Shown: positions 1 through 12,861 of the stretch, one piece after another
How the letters are laid out: every line of letters begins with the position of its first letter
Position numbering within the stretch: position 1 is the first letter of the stretch
The notes under the pieces: generated by a model
Database searches by the model: none
What the model was told of the DNA's origin: nothing
What the model saw: only the letters and a program-made list of their open reading frames with translations
Source of the DNA: Chiloscyllium plagiosum
Lineage: Eukaryota
Length of the DNA stretch: 64,000 bases
Direction: 5' to 3'
NCBI RefSeq assembly: GCF_004010195.1
Contig: NW_025215329.1
Location: 27,245-91,244, forward strand
Position numbers and translations under genes: made by a program

Positions 1-185
1 GTGGAGTGGATAGGTGGAAAAGGAGATAGGCAGGTAGGACAAGTCATGGGGACAGTGCTGAGCTGGAAGTTTGAGACTGGGGTGAGGTGGGGGAAGGGGA
101 AATGGGAAACTGTTGAAGTCCACATTGATGCCCTGGGGTTGAAGTGCTCCGAGACGGAAGAGCATCTGTAGTCATTGTTTTTACC
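1..185 (-). mobile_element. Penelope-like element 3' fragment (window edge)
   Basis: Purine-rich sequence closely similar to 7210-7380; reverse complement of the ...LQPQG(I/M)NVDF(N/T)SF end of the PLE ORF seen at ~56810-56960. Confidence 0.75.
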
Positions 186-541
186 TTATATATTCATATA
201 TATAGCCATATTATACACCCAAATTATACATTCAGATTACACACCCACATTCCGTACTCATAATTTCATTGCCATATTATACATCAATATTACACTCCCA
301 TATTGCACCCTGATTCCATACACCTACATTACACACCCATTAAACATTCATAACATATGGAAACATTCAGAAACTCACAAAATCTCAATGCACTTCACAA
401 CAAAGAACTTTCCTGAAGTAGCCACTATTGAAATAAATCGGTGAACAATTTGTGCAGAGCAAGAGCCCTGCAAAAAGCTGACTGATGGCTGGATATCTCG
501 AGACTGAGAATTAATTGTAAGGCTGGAAATCAGGGAAGCTG

Positions 542-625
542 CCCCCCCCCCCCCACCACACCCCAACACCACACCCCAACACCACACCCCAACACCACAC
601 CCCCACACCACACCCCCAACACCAC
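542..625. repeat. Poly-C plus ~13-bp minisatellite (CCCCAACACCACA) x~5
   Basis: Direct tandem units visible. Confidence 0.9.
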
Positions 626-637
626 GAGATGTTTCAT

Positions 638-815
638 AAAACAAAGAACTGCGGATGCTGGAGATCTGAAAAACATGAGAACACAAATCGCTGGAGAACC
701 TCAGGCAGTCTGGCAGAACTATAGGAGGGTCACTGGGCTTGAAACATTAACTTTGTTTTCTCTCCGCAGATCCCATCTGACTTGCTGAGTTTCTCCAGCA
801 ATTTCTAATTTTTGT
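638..815. mobile_element. Old PLE terminal-repeat-derived inverted element
   Basis: aagaactgcggatgctggagatctg...gctggagaacctcag arm mirrored by ctgagtttctccagc; degenerate GGGTC...GAAAC core. Confidence 0.55.
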
Positions 816-2032
816 GCAGCATGAGATCTTTTATGTTCACCTGAGAAGGGAGATTTGATTTTCCATCTCCTTATATTTTCTGTGAAGGAAGGCAAAGAGA
901 GAACTTCAAATACAAGTCCTGAACATCCATCCTGTTATATTTTACGATACTAGCGGTGCTCGTATGAGATCAGAAGTAGCTGTGTCCACCTGAGACAGTG
1001 GAGATGCCTTGGGTAGATTCACTGCCTCTAGTCCTTCTTCCTGGGTATCAGCCCAATTTACTGATACCCAAGTGGGTAAGGACGTCCTCACAAAGTCTTT
1101 AGCAGAAGTGAAGCTGAGTCTTAGTGTTCAGAATAGGTTTATTACATGGTATTAAATAACTAGTTACATTGCATCTGAGTGACAAGAGTCCCTTGCAAGA
1201 CCTCAAGTTAAACCTGTTAGTTACATATACTTAGCTCTCAACTAGAATCAAACTAGAACACCAGTTATCTCCTTCCAGAACAGTATTCCCCATCCCCATG
1301 GGAAGAGTTTACCTTGTGATGTCAGTTAACCCTTTCAGGTCCGCATGGCTTTATACAGCACAACCCATTAGAATTCCCTCTCAAAGGTCAGTGAATTTAT
1401 TTGGAGAGGAGTGAGGCTCCATACTATTCCCCGAGCATGAAGTGAACTGACAACTCCTGCATTACACAGACACTGACATTTCTGGCTTCGAGTGGATTCC
1501 AGGCAACAGTACTCTGGGAATCCATCAAGTGGCACCAATATTCTGATGTTAGCGTTCAGACACAATAGTTGCTGAAGCCATTTAAGGATTAGTATGGCTC
1601 TCTGGTCTCACTTCCTGTTTCTCAGGAGGAGATGGTTTAAGAACTGTGCAGAGATTGGGCGGGGGCAGCTAGTGCCATCAGCCGTCAAAACTGGGCACCT
1701 TCAAAACACATTGTGGTCACATGTGGAGTGATGTCATCATGATTGGGGATTCCGTTGTGTTGGAGAGATCACAGGGGAAGATCAGATGCCATTACTAAAT
1801 CAAACCTGGTTTTTGTGTCCCTGTGGTATTGATGCTGCTGTAGGCAGACAGGAATGACTAACGGTCTCTGGCTATTGGTGCCTTAATGTAGTAAATAGAC
1901 AAAGGGTAAAAATAATAGATGTCCAAAAACTAACGTCTGTCCTCCATTAATTGAGGGATTGCTGAACATTCCTAAGCGCAGGCCCTGTCTCCCTAGACAA
2001 TGGACTTTAAAAATCCCACAGCCTTAGAAGCA

Positions 2033-2330
2033 GATTAGATTAAATTCCTTACAGTATGGAAACAGACCCTCAGGCCCAAAAGGTCCACACCCACCCTCTG
2101 AAGTGTAGCCCACCCAGAGCCATTCCCCTACATTTACCCCTGACTAATGAACCTAACGCTACGGGCAATTTAGCACAACCACTCCACCTGTCCTGCACAT
2201 CTTTGGACTGTGGGAGGAAGCCAGAGCACCCAGAGGAAACCCACGCAGACAGTCACCTGAGGTAGGACTCGAAGCCGGCTCCCTAGCACTGTGAGGCAGC
2301 AGTGCTAACTACTAAGCGACTGTGCCACCC
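2033..2330 (-). mobile_element. HE1-like V-SINE (tRNA-derived)
   Basis: Reverse complement of ggtggcacag...gttagcactgctgcctcacag head, V-domain gtgggtttcctctgggtgctc, and (TCTAA)n-type tail. Confidence 0.9.
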
Positions 2331-2371
2331 AGATCTATTTTCATCAGCGCCCTGGCCAAAATCCCTCCTTC

Positions 2372-2756
2372 GTTGACTCCATCTCTACTTCCCACTGCCT
2401 TGGGAAGGCAGCCAGCATCATCAAAGACACCTCCCGCCCTGGTCATAATCCCTCGTCAGGCAGAAAATACAAAAGCTTAAACACACAGATTCATGAACAC
2501 GCAAACCCAACAGATTCAAGATCAGCTTCTTCCCTGTTGCTATTAGACTTTGAAATGGACTCCTCAAATTTTAAAGTTAATATTGATCTTATTCTTTGAG
2601 CACCATCTCTGCAGATGCAACATCGCATTCCCCGCTCTGTTCTATTACCCTAATTTACTTTGTAAGGTAAGTTCTGCCTGTATTTCACAGAAAAGCAAAA
2701 TGTTTCATGGCATCCAGGTACATGATGTAACAATAATAAATCAAATCAAATCAAAC
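2372..2756 (+). mobile_element. Rex1/Babar-like LINE 3' end
   Basis: Similar to 59365-59740; ends aataaa(tcaaa)n. Confidence 0.65.
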
Positions 2757-3354
2757 AAACCTAAAATGGAGAACTTAGTTATCATCCTAACCTAGTTCAT
2801 GGGATGATGCTGCCCACAGTTCCAAACAGCTGCTTCATTTACAAGTCATTGACCAGCTGTGACGCACTTTCAGATGTATGAGGTTATGAAAGGGCTCCAT
2901 ATAAATGCAAGTCTTTCTTTTTGTATATCTCATCGTTCCTATTCCTGCACAGTCCGTGTATTTGTGTAGATTAATCAGGCTGGCTGGGAACAGACAATGC
3001 TCTGTGTCTCCAGTCTAAGTGGGCCTGACCTCTCTATGTTTTGGAGTTGAGTGCTGGACAGATTTGGACACAGGCCAACTGCAGGTCACTTAAATCCCAG
3101 AAAAAGAAAACAAGTTACGCTAAAGCACTGCATTATAGCCCAGGGCCCTGTCCCTGTCACCACTCAGAGAGTTAGCGAGTTCAAAGTGAACTCAACGACA
3201 CAGATCAGTCTTGTTTGAGCAGGTCATGCTCTGTATTCAGTTCAACAAGGCCATTTCAATGCACTAAATATTTCTGTTTCAAATTCAGAAGTATTGATTT
3301 TCCAATTGAGCCTTCGATCAGCTTTTAGACAAAATGGCAGCTTATTCAGATGAG

Positions 3355-3560
3355 AGCGAAGTACTGCAGACGCTGGAAATCTGAAATGAGTAGAGAAAAT
3401 GCCAGAGATACTCAGGAGGCCTGGCAGCATCTGTCAAGAGAGAAACAGAGTTGGGGCAGCTCCGAAGAACAGTCATATCAGACTCGAAATATTAACTCTG
3501 TTTCTGTCTGCACAGACACTGCTAGACCTACTGGGATTTCCCAGCACTCTCTGTTTTCAT
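3355..3560. mobile_element. Old palindromic PLE-terminus element with degenerate hammerhead core
   Basis: Arms ctgcagacgctgg...ggcagcatctgtc...aaacagagtt / aactctgtttc...cagacactgct...cccagc; centre ccgaaga..agtc atatca gact cgaaa. Confidence 0.6.
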
Positions 3561-3742
3561 AGTGTCTTGTTAACATGAACTCAAGCTCTCACAAAGTCAG
3601 TCACAAAGCCTGGAAATGTAGTGCATGATAAAGAGGATAATAGCAAACTTCGGGAGGATGTACACACACTATTGGGTCATGCAAATACATGGCAGATGAA
3701 ATTTAATGCAAAGGTAAAAGCATAAAGTGATAGACTTCAGTA

Positions 3743-4070
3743 GGGGAGGCAATGACACCGTGGTATTGTTATCAGTCTATTAATCCAGAAATCCTGGTAA
3801 TGACCTGGGGGCCTGCATACGAATCCCACCACAGTAGGTGGTGAAATTTCGATTGAATTAAAAATCTGGAATGAAGAGTCTAACGTTAACCATGAAACTT
3901 GCCGATTATCAAGAAAAACCCATCTGGTCAGGGAAGGAAATCTGCCATCCTTACCTGGTCTGGCCTAGATGTGACTCCAGGCCCACAGCAATGTGGTTGA
4001 CTCTTAACTGCCCTCTGGGTAATTGGGGATGAGATGTAAATACAGTGACGCCCACGTCCTGTGAATGGAT
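3743..4070 (+). mobile_element. tRNA-like-headed SINE family 2 (ccatctggt...gggaaggaaatctgcc...gcaatgtggttgactc)
   Basis: Same sequence family recurs at 16638-16873, 48105-48455 (+) and 35195-36135, 62960-63810 (-, interrupted). Confidence 0.75.
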
Positions 4071-4719
4071 TTTGAAAAAGGATGAATTAGATGAGGCAAT
4101 AGAAATGAATAAAATGATCAAATTTTGTGTGTGTGAGTACATACATTATTAAGATGTCATGTTAAATTGAGAAGACTGTTGAAAAGAAGAGATGCTATCA
4201 TTTGCTTTATAAGTAGATGCATGAATTACAGAAAGAGGGAAGTTGTTTTATATAAAACGTTCATTTGGTGCCAACTTCAGTATTGTGTCAAATTCTGGTC
4301 TTCACTCTTTAGGGAGAATGTTGAGGCCAAGTGAAGATTTGCCAGAATTCATCAGCAATTAGACACGTTAATGGGAAACAAAGACATTTGATAAAGATGT
4401 TCAACATTAGGAGGGGATTTGATTGGCAAAATGAGGTAAAATGGTTTCCAATGGCAGCAGGGTGAATAAGCAAAGTAATTGGCAAAATATCAATTTGAAA
4501 GAAATATTTGGGAAATTCTTCTTAAGCAGTGAATTGTCCTGCTCTAGAATGAACTGCTTAAAAAGGTGATGGAAGCAGATGGAATAGTAATTTTCCGAGG
4601 GGAATAGATATATATTTGCAAAAGATATTTTATAGGGCAACAGGGGAAATGTTATTGCTGATGTTGCTGCATGTTTAAATGTGCATGCTTGAGCTGAGAT
4701 ACAGAGCAACTGTTTGTAT

Positions 4720-5725
4720 GCCTGGAGCCTGGCATGCAATGGCATGGTGTACTGCAGTGCCCGGGTGCCTTAATGTTTGTGATATTCATAAATGGTATCG
4801 ATGAGAATGTGTGGGTGATGCTAAGCAAGTTTTCAGTTGGCACAAAGATTGGCTGGGTAGTTGACAGTGAGGAGGTAGGTATTAGATTACAAGAAGATAT
4901 AAACAGATTGGTCAGGTAGGCACATCAATGGCAGATGGAATTTAACCCTGATGAATGTGAGGGAAGGCAGTTGGGAAGAAATTACAAGACAAAGGGAGTA
5001 CTTAATGAATGGGAGAAGGGTCAGAGGAACAGAGGGATCTTGGGATTCTTGTCCACAGCTCCCCGAAGGAGGCTGGACAGGTTAATAGGGTGCTTCAGAA
5101 GGCATACGGGACACTTGCCTTTATCACTCAAAAGCTAGATTATCAGAGCAGGGAGGTTATGTTGGAGCTTTACAGGACTTTGCTCAGGCCATAGCTGGAG
5201 GACTATGTGCAGTTCTGGTCACCACACTATCGGAAGGCTGTGATTGCACTGGAGGGGATGCAGAGGAGATTCACCAGACATTCCCTGGGATGGAGCAGTT
5301 TAGCTCTGAAGAGAGGCTGGATAAACTCAGATTGTTTTCTTTGGAGCAGGGAAGGTTGGGGGTTGGGGTGCCTGATTGAGCTGTATAAGATTGTGAGGGG
5401 CTTGGTCAAGGTGGATAGAAAGCTTAGTCAAAGGGTGAATAACAAAGGGAGCACAATTTGTACATGGAAGGCTTTAGGGGTTTAGAGGCGATTTGAGGAA
5501 CAAAGCATTCACCTCAAAGTTGGGGTCTACAATGCACTGCCTGGGGTAGTAGATGAGTCTGGAAACTTCACAACCTTTAAGAAGTGGTTGGATGAGCACT
5601 TGCAAGATCATACCATTCAGGACTATGGCCAAGTATAGAAAAGGGGGACTAGTGAAATAGTGTATGTTTTGGCAATATAGACTCAATGGGTCGAAGAGCT
5701 TCTTCTGTATTGTATGATTCGATGC
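4720..5725 (+). mobile_element. CR1 LINE ORF2 RT/3' fragment (frameshifted)
   Basis: Translations RLQEDINRL, MEFNPDECE, EQRDLGILVH, QFWSPHYRK..ALEGMQRRFTR. Confidence 0.9.
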
Positions 5726-6337
5726 TTGTACGGTTAAGGTTAAGGTACATATATGAGAACTGGTTTCAGGTTGGTCAGGGCTGTTTGCTGGAGGAGAGAG
5801 GTCTATTGAGAATTAGCTGATGTGGAAGGCAGAGCAGCTCTTGCTAATTTCTTTGCATGTTCACTATATAAGCTTTAGTGCAGGAGGATTCATTGGATCA
5901 CTCTTCCAAAGGACTGGCATAGCACAATGGGCTGAGCAGCCTCCTCTCAGTGCTGTATAATTCACTAGTCCCATATTTGGTGAAAAGCGCAGACCTGGTT
6001 TAATGGGTAGATTCTTGAGTGAGCTCGCAGTCCACATTAGACACAAGGAGATTTTGTTAACAGCATTCCCAATGCTTAATCACAATGGTACACACCTTCC
6101 ACTGTTCTTACATTTTTCCATTTGCCCATGTGATGGCAATGAACATTTAAATTGCTGGCGGTATGAGAGACGCAGATGATCATACGGTGAAGGGGAGTCT
6201 GTTCATTGGTTAAACCCACTGTCAGCTGACTATACAGCAGATATGATTGGCTAGAAACCATCCTCCAGGACAAAGAGGGAGGTTCTTCATCATGGCCACA
6301 ATGTTAATGTGTGACTCCATTGCATCAACATAAGACT

Positions 6338-6524
6338 CATGGCCAATTCACCTGAGCTGCTCATCTTTGGACTGTGGGAGAAAAATCAGAGCACCCGAAG
6401 GAAACCCACGCAGACACAGGGAGAACGTGCAAACTCCACACAGACAGTCGCCCGAGGCTGGAATCGATCCTGGGACCCTGGCACTGAGAGGCAGCAGTAC
6501 TAACCACTCAGCCACCATGCCACC
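6338..6524 (-). mobile_element. HE1 V-SINE, 3'-truncated
   Basis: HE1 head and V-domain in reverse complement. Confidence 0.9.
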
Positions 6525-6995
6525 TCTAAATACAGCAGTGCTTAACACCTAATTTTAACATGCAGCACAGCAGCAGGACCATGAGGCAGCGATGAGAGTC
6601 GAACCCACACCTTTGCGGAGGCTGCCACCTGAATCCAGCTGCTTAGACCGATTGGCCATCAGACCAGGTGCAAAACATATTCCCTGGCCATATTTCAAAC
6701 TGTGTCCTCTGGTTCGGCACTCACCCATCAGCGGAAACATGCTTCCTGCCTCCAGAGTGTCCAATCCTTCAATAATCTTATATATCTCAATCAGATCCCC
6801 TCTCATCCTTCTAAACTCATCTGAGTTTGTGAAAGGCCAGTTGTGTATGTTAACAGAGAGATGCCAATGTCCATGGTGCATCACCACAGCAAAGAAGGAC
6901 TTGCATTTATGTAACACCTTTCAAGAACCCAATGCCAAAAAGTGCTTTGCAGTCAATGAATGACTTTTGATGTGAATTGGCTGTTGTAGTGCAGA

Positions 6996-7518
6996 GTTGA
7001 GAGTATGGTGCTGGAAAAGCACAGCAGGTCAGGCAGCATCCGAGGAGCAGGAGAATCAACATTTCGGGCCAGAGCCCTTCATCAGGAATGAGGCTGGGAG
7101 CCTCGGGGGTGGAGAGATAAATAGGAGGGGGCTGGGGCTGGGGAGAAGGTAGCTGAGAGTGCAATAGGTGGATAGAGGTGGGGTTAAAGGTGATGGGTCG
7201 GAGAGAAGGGTGGAGTGGATAGGTGGGAAGGAAGATTGACAGGTGGGACAGATCATGAGGGCAGTGCTGAGCTGGAAGGTTGGAACTGGGGTAAGGTGGA
7301 GGGAAGGGAAACGAGGAAACTGGTGAAGCCCGCATTGATTCCCTGGGGTTGAAGGGTCACGAGGTGGAAGATGAGGCGTTCTTCCTCCAGGCGTCAGGCA
7401 GTGAGGATGTGGCGATGGAGGAAGCCCAGGACCTGCATGTCCTCGGCAGAGTGGGAGGTGGGGGTTAAAATGTTCAGCCGCGGGGCGGTGGGGTTGGTTG
7501 GTGTGGGTGTCCCGGAGA
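6996..7518 (-). mobile_element. 5'-truncated Penelope-like element (GIY-YIG C-terminus plus terminal repeat)
   Basis: HLRDTHTNQPHRPAAEHFN-like peptide; 14-bp TSD tgttgtagtg(c/t)aga at 6982-6995 and 7519-7532. Confidence 0.85.
7053..7090 (-). ncRNA. Minimal type-I hammerhead ribozyme motif (degenerate stem III)
   Basis: Reverse complement reads cattc CTGATGA A GGGC-TCTG-GCCC GAAA TGTT gatt. Confidence 0.6.
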
Positions 7519-9399
7519 TGTTGTAGTGTAGAAGTTACATGAGATGTGAACACATGGACAACCCAAAGATCAGGAAGCAGGGATTGGGTTTGTTCCAGCA
7601 TTAACAATTAAGAGGAGGGTTCAATAATTAATCCTTTGGTTTTCATTAGTCGAGGAAATCTCTCTGATCCTTTCATTCCCCATTGGGCTTCTTTCCCCTA
7701 ACCTCACCCTCTCCTCCAGAGAGGGGTCATTGAGAGATAAATATCGACCAGAACACGAGCGTCCCTTAGTCCTTCTCTGAAATATTGCCGTGGGATCTTT
7801 TATATCCTCTGGATAGGCCACTGTTTTAGTGCACGTCAGCGTCAACATAGAACTTGTGCTTATCCCACATGAAAGTTAAGCTCAAGGCCCTCTGAGTCAG
7901 TCAGGAATGTTCTCCATTGATATGTGGCTAAAACTCAGCTTGAAGTAATGTCTACGGGAAAGAAGTGGGGAGAACATTGAAGGAAAGCAAGTCTTTATGT
8001 AACAGAGAATAACAAAAATATGAGTAACCCAGCAAGCGGCTGTGAGGAGCAGGTGACGCAAACTTTGCTGAGACTATTCCATAATAAATCTGGGATGTTT
8101 GCCATTGAATATGTGAAAGAAACCACATAAATGGTTTTATAAGTGTTGAAGAATGCTTAGCAGATGCAGTTGTCACACACCCAGCAGTTAATTGGGCTGC
8201 ACACGTTTCATCTTCCACTTTGAGTTAACCTTGTAACAGCCTTGGCAAAGTTACAGTCATCAGGGCTTTGATCAACACAGCCCCCTGGCACACGTTCAAT
8301 GTTTTCAGTTCATACATTTGCTTGTATGGGTGTCATAGGCATCGGTACATAATGGGGTGAGGACTGGGCATGACCCTGTGTCATTAGTTACCACAGCTTT
8401 GGAAATACCTGCCCTCTCCTTGGCTCCCAGGAACATCAGTCGGTCATCATGGGTCCTCCAGGTTCAGGCTAGAAGTCCACGCCTCAGCCTCTGTGTCAGG
8501 TTAGTCAACACTTCCTGGTTCCCATTTGCCTTCCCTTCTCACTAAATTGTGAGGTAACTCCACTAACATCAACCATCACCTTCAACTCCCCTCACCCCCT
8601 CCAACCTTGCTGTGGGCATTCACCGCTTGCCCTCACTGAGCGGGTGCACTTAGGATATTACATGACATTAGGAAAGAAAGTAGAGACTTGCAGTTGGGTA
8701 GCACCTCACCCATCCCTTCGAAAAAGTCTTGCATCACTTCCAAACAATAACTTACCAGCGTTAATTACTAAATGCTCATATGTGAGCATTTGAGGTGGTT
8801 AGTTTATGCTGAAAAACATAGCACAAAAGCAACTTTTTGATGAGTTATACTCATTCTAGTCGTGATTTTGAGGAAGAACCATTGGCCAGATTAAAACATA
8901 AGCCCCAGGAAAAGAGTCAAGCTAGGTCCGGCTGCAATCTCCAAATATAACACAGCAGCTCTTAACATTGGTACCGTGCAACAGCAGTGCAGCATGGGAA
9001 GATTTGACACGGTCTTCCAGATCTAGCCTTGCACTCCCTCATGGATACCACTTCAGGCTGAACTTTATGACATTTTGTAAGTCTCTAATGCCACAACCAA
9101 CTTGAGCTTCAGAAAGTGAAAGAAAAATCTGGCAACTTTCAGCAAGGCAGGTACTGAGAGGAGCAGATAAGTTCAAACCTTGAGTGTAAACCCTTGGTCA
9201 AAATGCAGCATAATCTGCGTATGTCCTGGCTTACGCCAAGCCAGTAGTACTTGCTCTGTTCTCACTCACAGAAAAAGGTTGAAAAGGTGATGTGTTGAAA
9301 TTCCTGCTATGCCAAAAGCTGTATTGTGCAGTGTCTGCTGTGGTCATACTCTCCCCAGTTGTAGTTTCATGACCAAACTAAAGACCAGAGTATGACACC

Positions 9400-9700
9400 T
9401 CAGCTGACCCTCCATCGTGGTATTGACGGAGTGCTCCACTCTCAAAGGGCCTGGCTTTCAGACAAGGTACTAAACCAAGACCACATGTGGATATAAAAGG
9501 TCACATGTCACTATCTCCCCAGTGTCCCTGAGAATATTAATCCCTGAACCAATATTATTAAAACACACTTGTAGGAACTTGCTTTGTGCAAATTAACTGC
9601 GGTGTTTCCAACATTAGAAAAGTGTTTGCATTTCGAAAGAACTTCAGTGGCTGTAAACTCCTTTGGAATTGTGACAGGTGCTACAGAAATTCAATTATTT
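9400..9700 (+). mobile_element. Deu-domain SINE remnant
   Basis: taaaaggtcacatg...ccccagtgtccctgagaatattaatccctgaaccaa...gtgcaaattaactgc...ggctgtaaa resembles Deu core plus L2-type tail; related tails at 2800-2920 and 59935-60060. Confidence 0.55.
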
Positions 9701-10147
9701 ATGTCTAGTGTAAAGAGTCTATCAGTTTCTTATTTTTGCTTATTCTTGACTGGACTGAAATAGCAAAAGGTCTCTTTATTTGTGGAAGGGATTATTGCAC
9801 TAAAAGCAAATTACTAGTACTTATTGAAAGATCTGATTATTCTGTCGTTTGCTCAACTCGTGAGGGAACATTTATTTGCAGGCCATTATTTGTTAAGAGG
9901 GGAGTAAAATTTTGATTTAACTGGCAATAAGTAACCAACCGGTCTGTGGAGTGATGACCAGTCATTCATGGCAAAAGCCTTCTGCCTGACAACAACTATC
10001 TGATTGGCTCCCAGCTAATCGGACAGCTTGTGGGCATAAGCGATATAGGTCAGAAGCATTTGGACCTCTGGAAGAGGATTTGATGTCCTTTCCTCAGCAG
10101 GAAAAAAACACCTAAAGCCTGAAGAAAGCCAGTTTATTTTCACTCAC

Positions 10148-10222
10148 CAGTTGCAGTAAGCTGTGGCTATTAACCAATAAGTTAGAGACCGTACAATTTG
10201 AGAACCAGTCACTCTGTGCCTC
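10148..10222 (-). CDS. Candidate 75-nt symmetric internal exon of an unidentified gene
   Basis: Acceptor gctttcatttctttgcAG and donor CTG|GTGAGT; open as EAQSDWFSNCTVSNLLVNSHSLLQL or RHRVTGSQIVRSLTYWLIATAYCN; no partner exons found. Confidence 0.3.
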
Positions 10223-10518
10223 CTGCAAAGAAATGAAAGCACCTGGAGAAAAGGGCGATTGATGGAGTTCTGGCCCTGACAAGCAAACCCTATGAACATG
10301 GACCATTGAACTGCATTTCCAATCTTTCCCTCCTCCCTGGCATAGAAAGGATGTTGTTAAACTTGAAAGGGTTCAGAAAAGATTTACAACGGTTGGAGGG
10401 TTTGAGCTGTAGGGAGAGGCTGAATAGACTGGGGCTATTTATCCTGGAGGAAAAGGTTGTCTAGGATAGCAAAGAGGACATCATACCTTCCTTACAACTG
10501 GGTACCCATGGCAGCTTT

Positions 10519-10606
10519 GAAAATGTGTTGCTGGAAAAGCACAGCAGGTCAGGCAGCATCCAAGGAGCAGGAGAATCGACGTTTCGGGCATGAGCCCTTT
10601 TTCAGG
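10519..10606 (-). mobile_element. PLE terminal-repeat mini-insertion
   Basis: 15-bp TSD accc(a/t)tggcagcttt at 10504-10518 and 10607-10621. Confidence 0.85.
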
Positions 10607-10974
10607 ACCCTTGGCAGCTTTACCTTATATTGCAGGGAGGCAGGGCCTCAGTGTAACAGCTCAGATAAAAGAGCACGCCTCACTTAGTGCTGTACTTAAA
10701 TTCCAGCCTTGACTGTGTGCTTGACATTAAGGCAGGGCTTTGAAGCCACAATGTTGTGACTCAGAATGAAGAGACTGACCAAGTGAGCCACAATCCACAC
10801 CCTGGACATACCCTGACAGTGTGAGTGATTCACATGGCACACACAGAGAACAAGAAAATCAGCAAGTCAGGCAGCATCCGTGCAGACACCCAAGAACATT
10901 GCACACATCTGAATCATAGACCATAAACCATAGTCGCAGAACTAGGCCAGTCAGTCTATCACCATTCAATCATG

Positions 10975-11287
10975 ATTAGATTAGATTCCTTACAGGATAG
11001 AAACAGGCCCTTCAGCCCAAGAAATCTGCACCCACCCTCCGAAAAGTAACCCACCCAGACCCATTCGCCTCCGCTCTATTTTCCCCTGACTAATGCACCT
11101 AACACCATGGGCAATTTAGCATGTCCAATTCACCTAACCTGCACATTTTTGGATTGTGAGAGAAAACCCACACAGACACAGAGAGAATGTGCAAACTCCA
11201 CACAGACAGTCACCCAAGGCTGGATTCAAACCTGGGCCCCTGGTGCTGTGAGGCAGCAGTGCTAACCACTGAGCTACCATGCCACCC
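10975..11287 (-). mobile_element. HE1 V-SINE inside a CR1 3' end
   Basis: Head, V-domain and gattagattagatt tail. Confidence 0.9.
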
Positions 11288-11474
11288 AAGTCATAGCTGA
11301 TATAGTTCTCAATCCTATTCTCCAGCCTTCTCCCCGTAACCCTTGATCCCTTTACTAAGCAAGTACCCATCTCTGTTTTAAATGCACTCAATGCCTTGGC
11401 CTCCACAGCCCTCTGTGGCAATGAGTTCCACAGATTAGCCACCTTCTCAATGAAGAAGTTCCTCCTTATCTCAG

Positions 11475-12861
11475 TTAGAGTCATAGAGATGTACAGCATG
11501 GAAACAGACCCTTCGGTCCAACCCGTCCATGCCGATCAGGTATCCCAACCCAATTTAGTCGAACTTGTCAGCACCCAGCCCATATCTCTCCAACCTCTTC
11601 CTATTCATATAGCCATCCAAATGCCTTCTAAATGTTGCAATTGTAACAGCCTCCACCACTTCCTCTGGCAGCTCATTCCATACATGTACCACCCTCTGCG
11701 TGAAAAAGTTGCCCCTTGGGTCCCTTTTATATCTTTCTCCTCTCACCCTAAACCTATGGCCTCTAGTTCTGGACTCCCTGACCCCAGGGAAAAGACTTTG
11801 TCTATTTACCCTATCCATGCCCCTCATAATTTTGTAAACCTCTATAAGGTCACCCCTCTCCACTTTCAAGGAGCTATGAACCTGCACTCCAAGGTCTCTT
11901 TGTTCAGCAACACTCCCTAGGACCTTACCATTAAGTGTATAAGTCCTACTAAGATTTGCTTTCCCAAAATGCAGCACCTCACATTTATCTGAATTAAACT
12001 CCATCTGCCACTTCTCGACCCTTTGGCCCATCTGATCAAGGTACTGTTGTAATCTGAGGTAATCTTCTTCGCTGTCCACTATACCTCCAATTTTGGTGTC
12101 ATCTTCAACTTACGAACTGTAGCTCTTATGCTCGCATCCAAATCATTTATACAAATGACAAAAAATAGAGGACCCACCACCGATCCTTGTGGCACTCCAC
12201 TGGTCTCAGGCTTCCAGTCTGAAAAACAACCCTCCACCACCACCCTCTGTCTTCTACCTTTGAGCCAGTTCTGTATCCAAATGGCTAGTTCTCCCTGTAT
12301 TCTGTGATATCTAACATTGCTAATCAGTCTCCCATGGGGAACCTTGTCGAATGCCTTACTGAAGTCCATATAGATCATGTCTACTGCTCTGCTATCATGA
12401 ATCTTCTTCATTACTCCTTCAAAAAAACTCAATCAAGTTTGTGAGACATGATTTCCCACGCACAAAGCCATCCTGACTATCCCTAATCATTCCTTGCCTT
12501 TCCAAACACATGTAAATCCTGTCCCTCAGTATTCCCTCCAACCACTTGCCCACCACCGACATCAGGCTCATTGGTCTATAGTTCCCTGGCTTGTCCTTAC
12601 TACCCTTCCTAAACAGTGGCGCCACGTTAGCCAACCTCCAGTCTTCCGGCACCTCACCTGTGACTATCGATGATACAAATATCTCAGCAAGAGGCCCAGC
12701 AATCACTTCTCTAGCTTCCCACAGAGTTCCAGGGTACACCTGATCAGTTCCTGGGGATTTATCCACCTTTATGCATTTCAAGACATCCAGCACTTCCTCC
12801 TCTGTAATATGGACATTTTTCAAGGTGTCACCATCTATTTCCCTACTTTCTGTGTCTTCCA
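11475..12861 (-). mobile_element. HER1-like CR1 LINE, 5'-truncated with internal deletion
   Basis: [47 protein letters not shown]; agagtcatagag tail. Confidence 0.92.

Larger units (their letters stand above)
6888..7920 (-). mobile_element. Deu-domain SINE (SacSINE1/AmnSINE1-like), split by a PLE insertion
   Basis: Tail gacttgcatttat...aaagtgctttgcagtcaatgaa and Deu-like ttgagagataaatatcgaccagaacac...gccgtgggatctttta. Confidence 0.55.
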
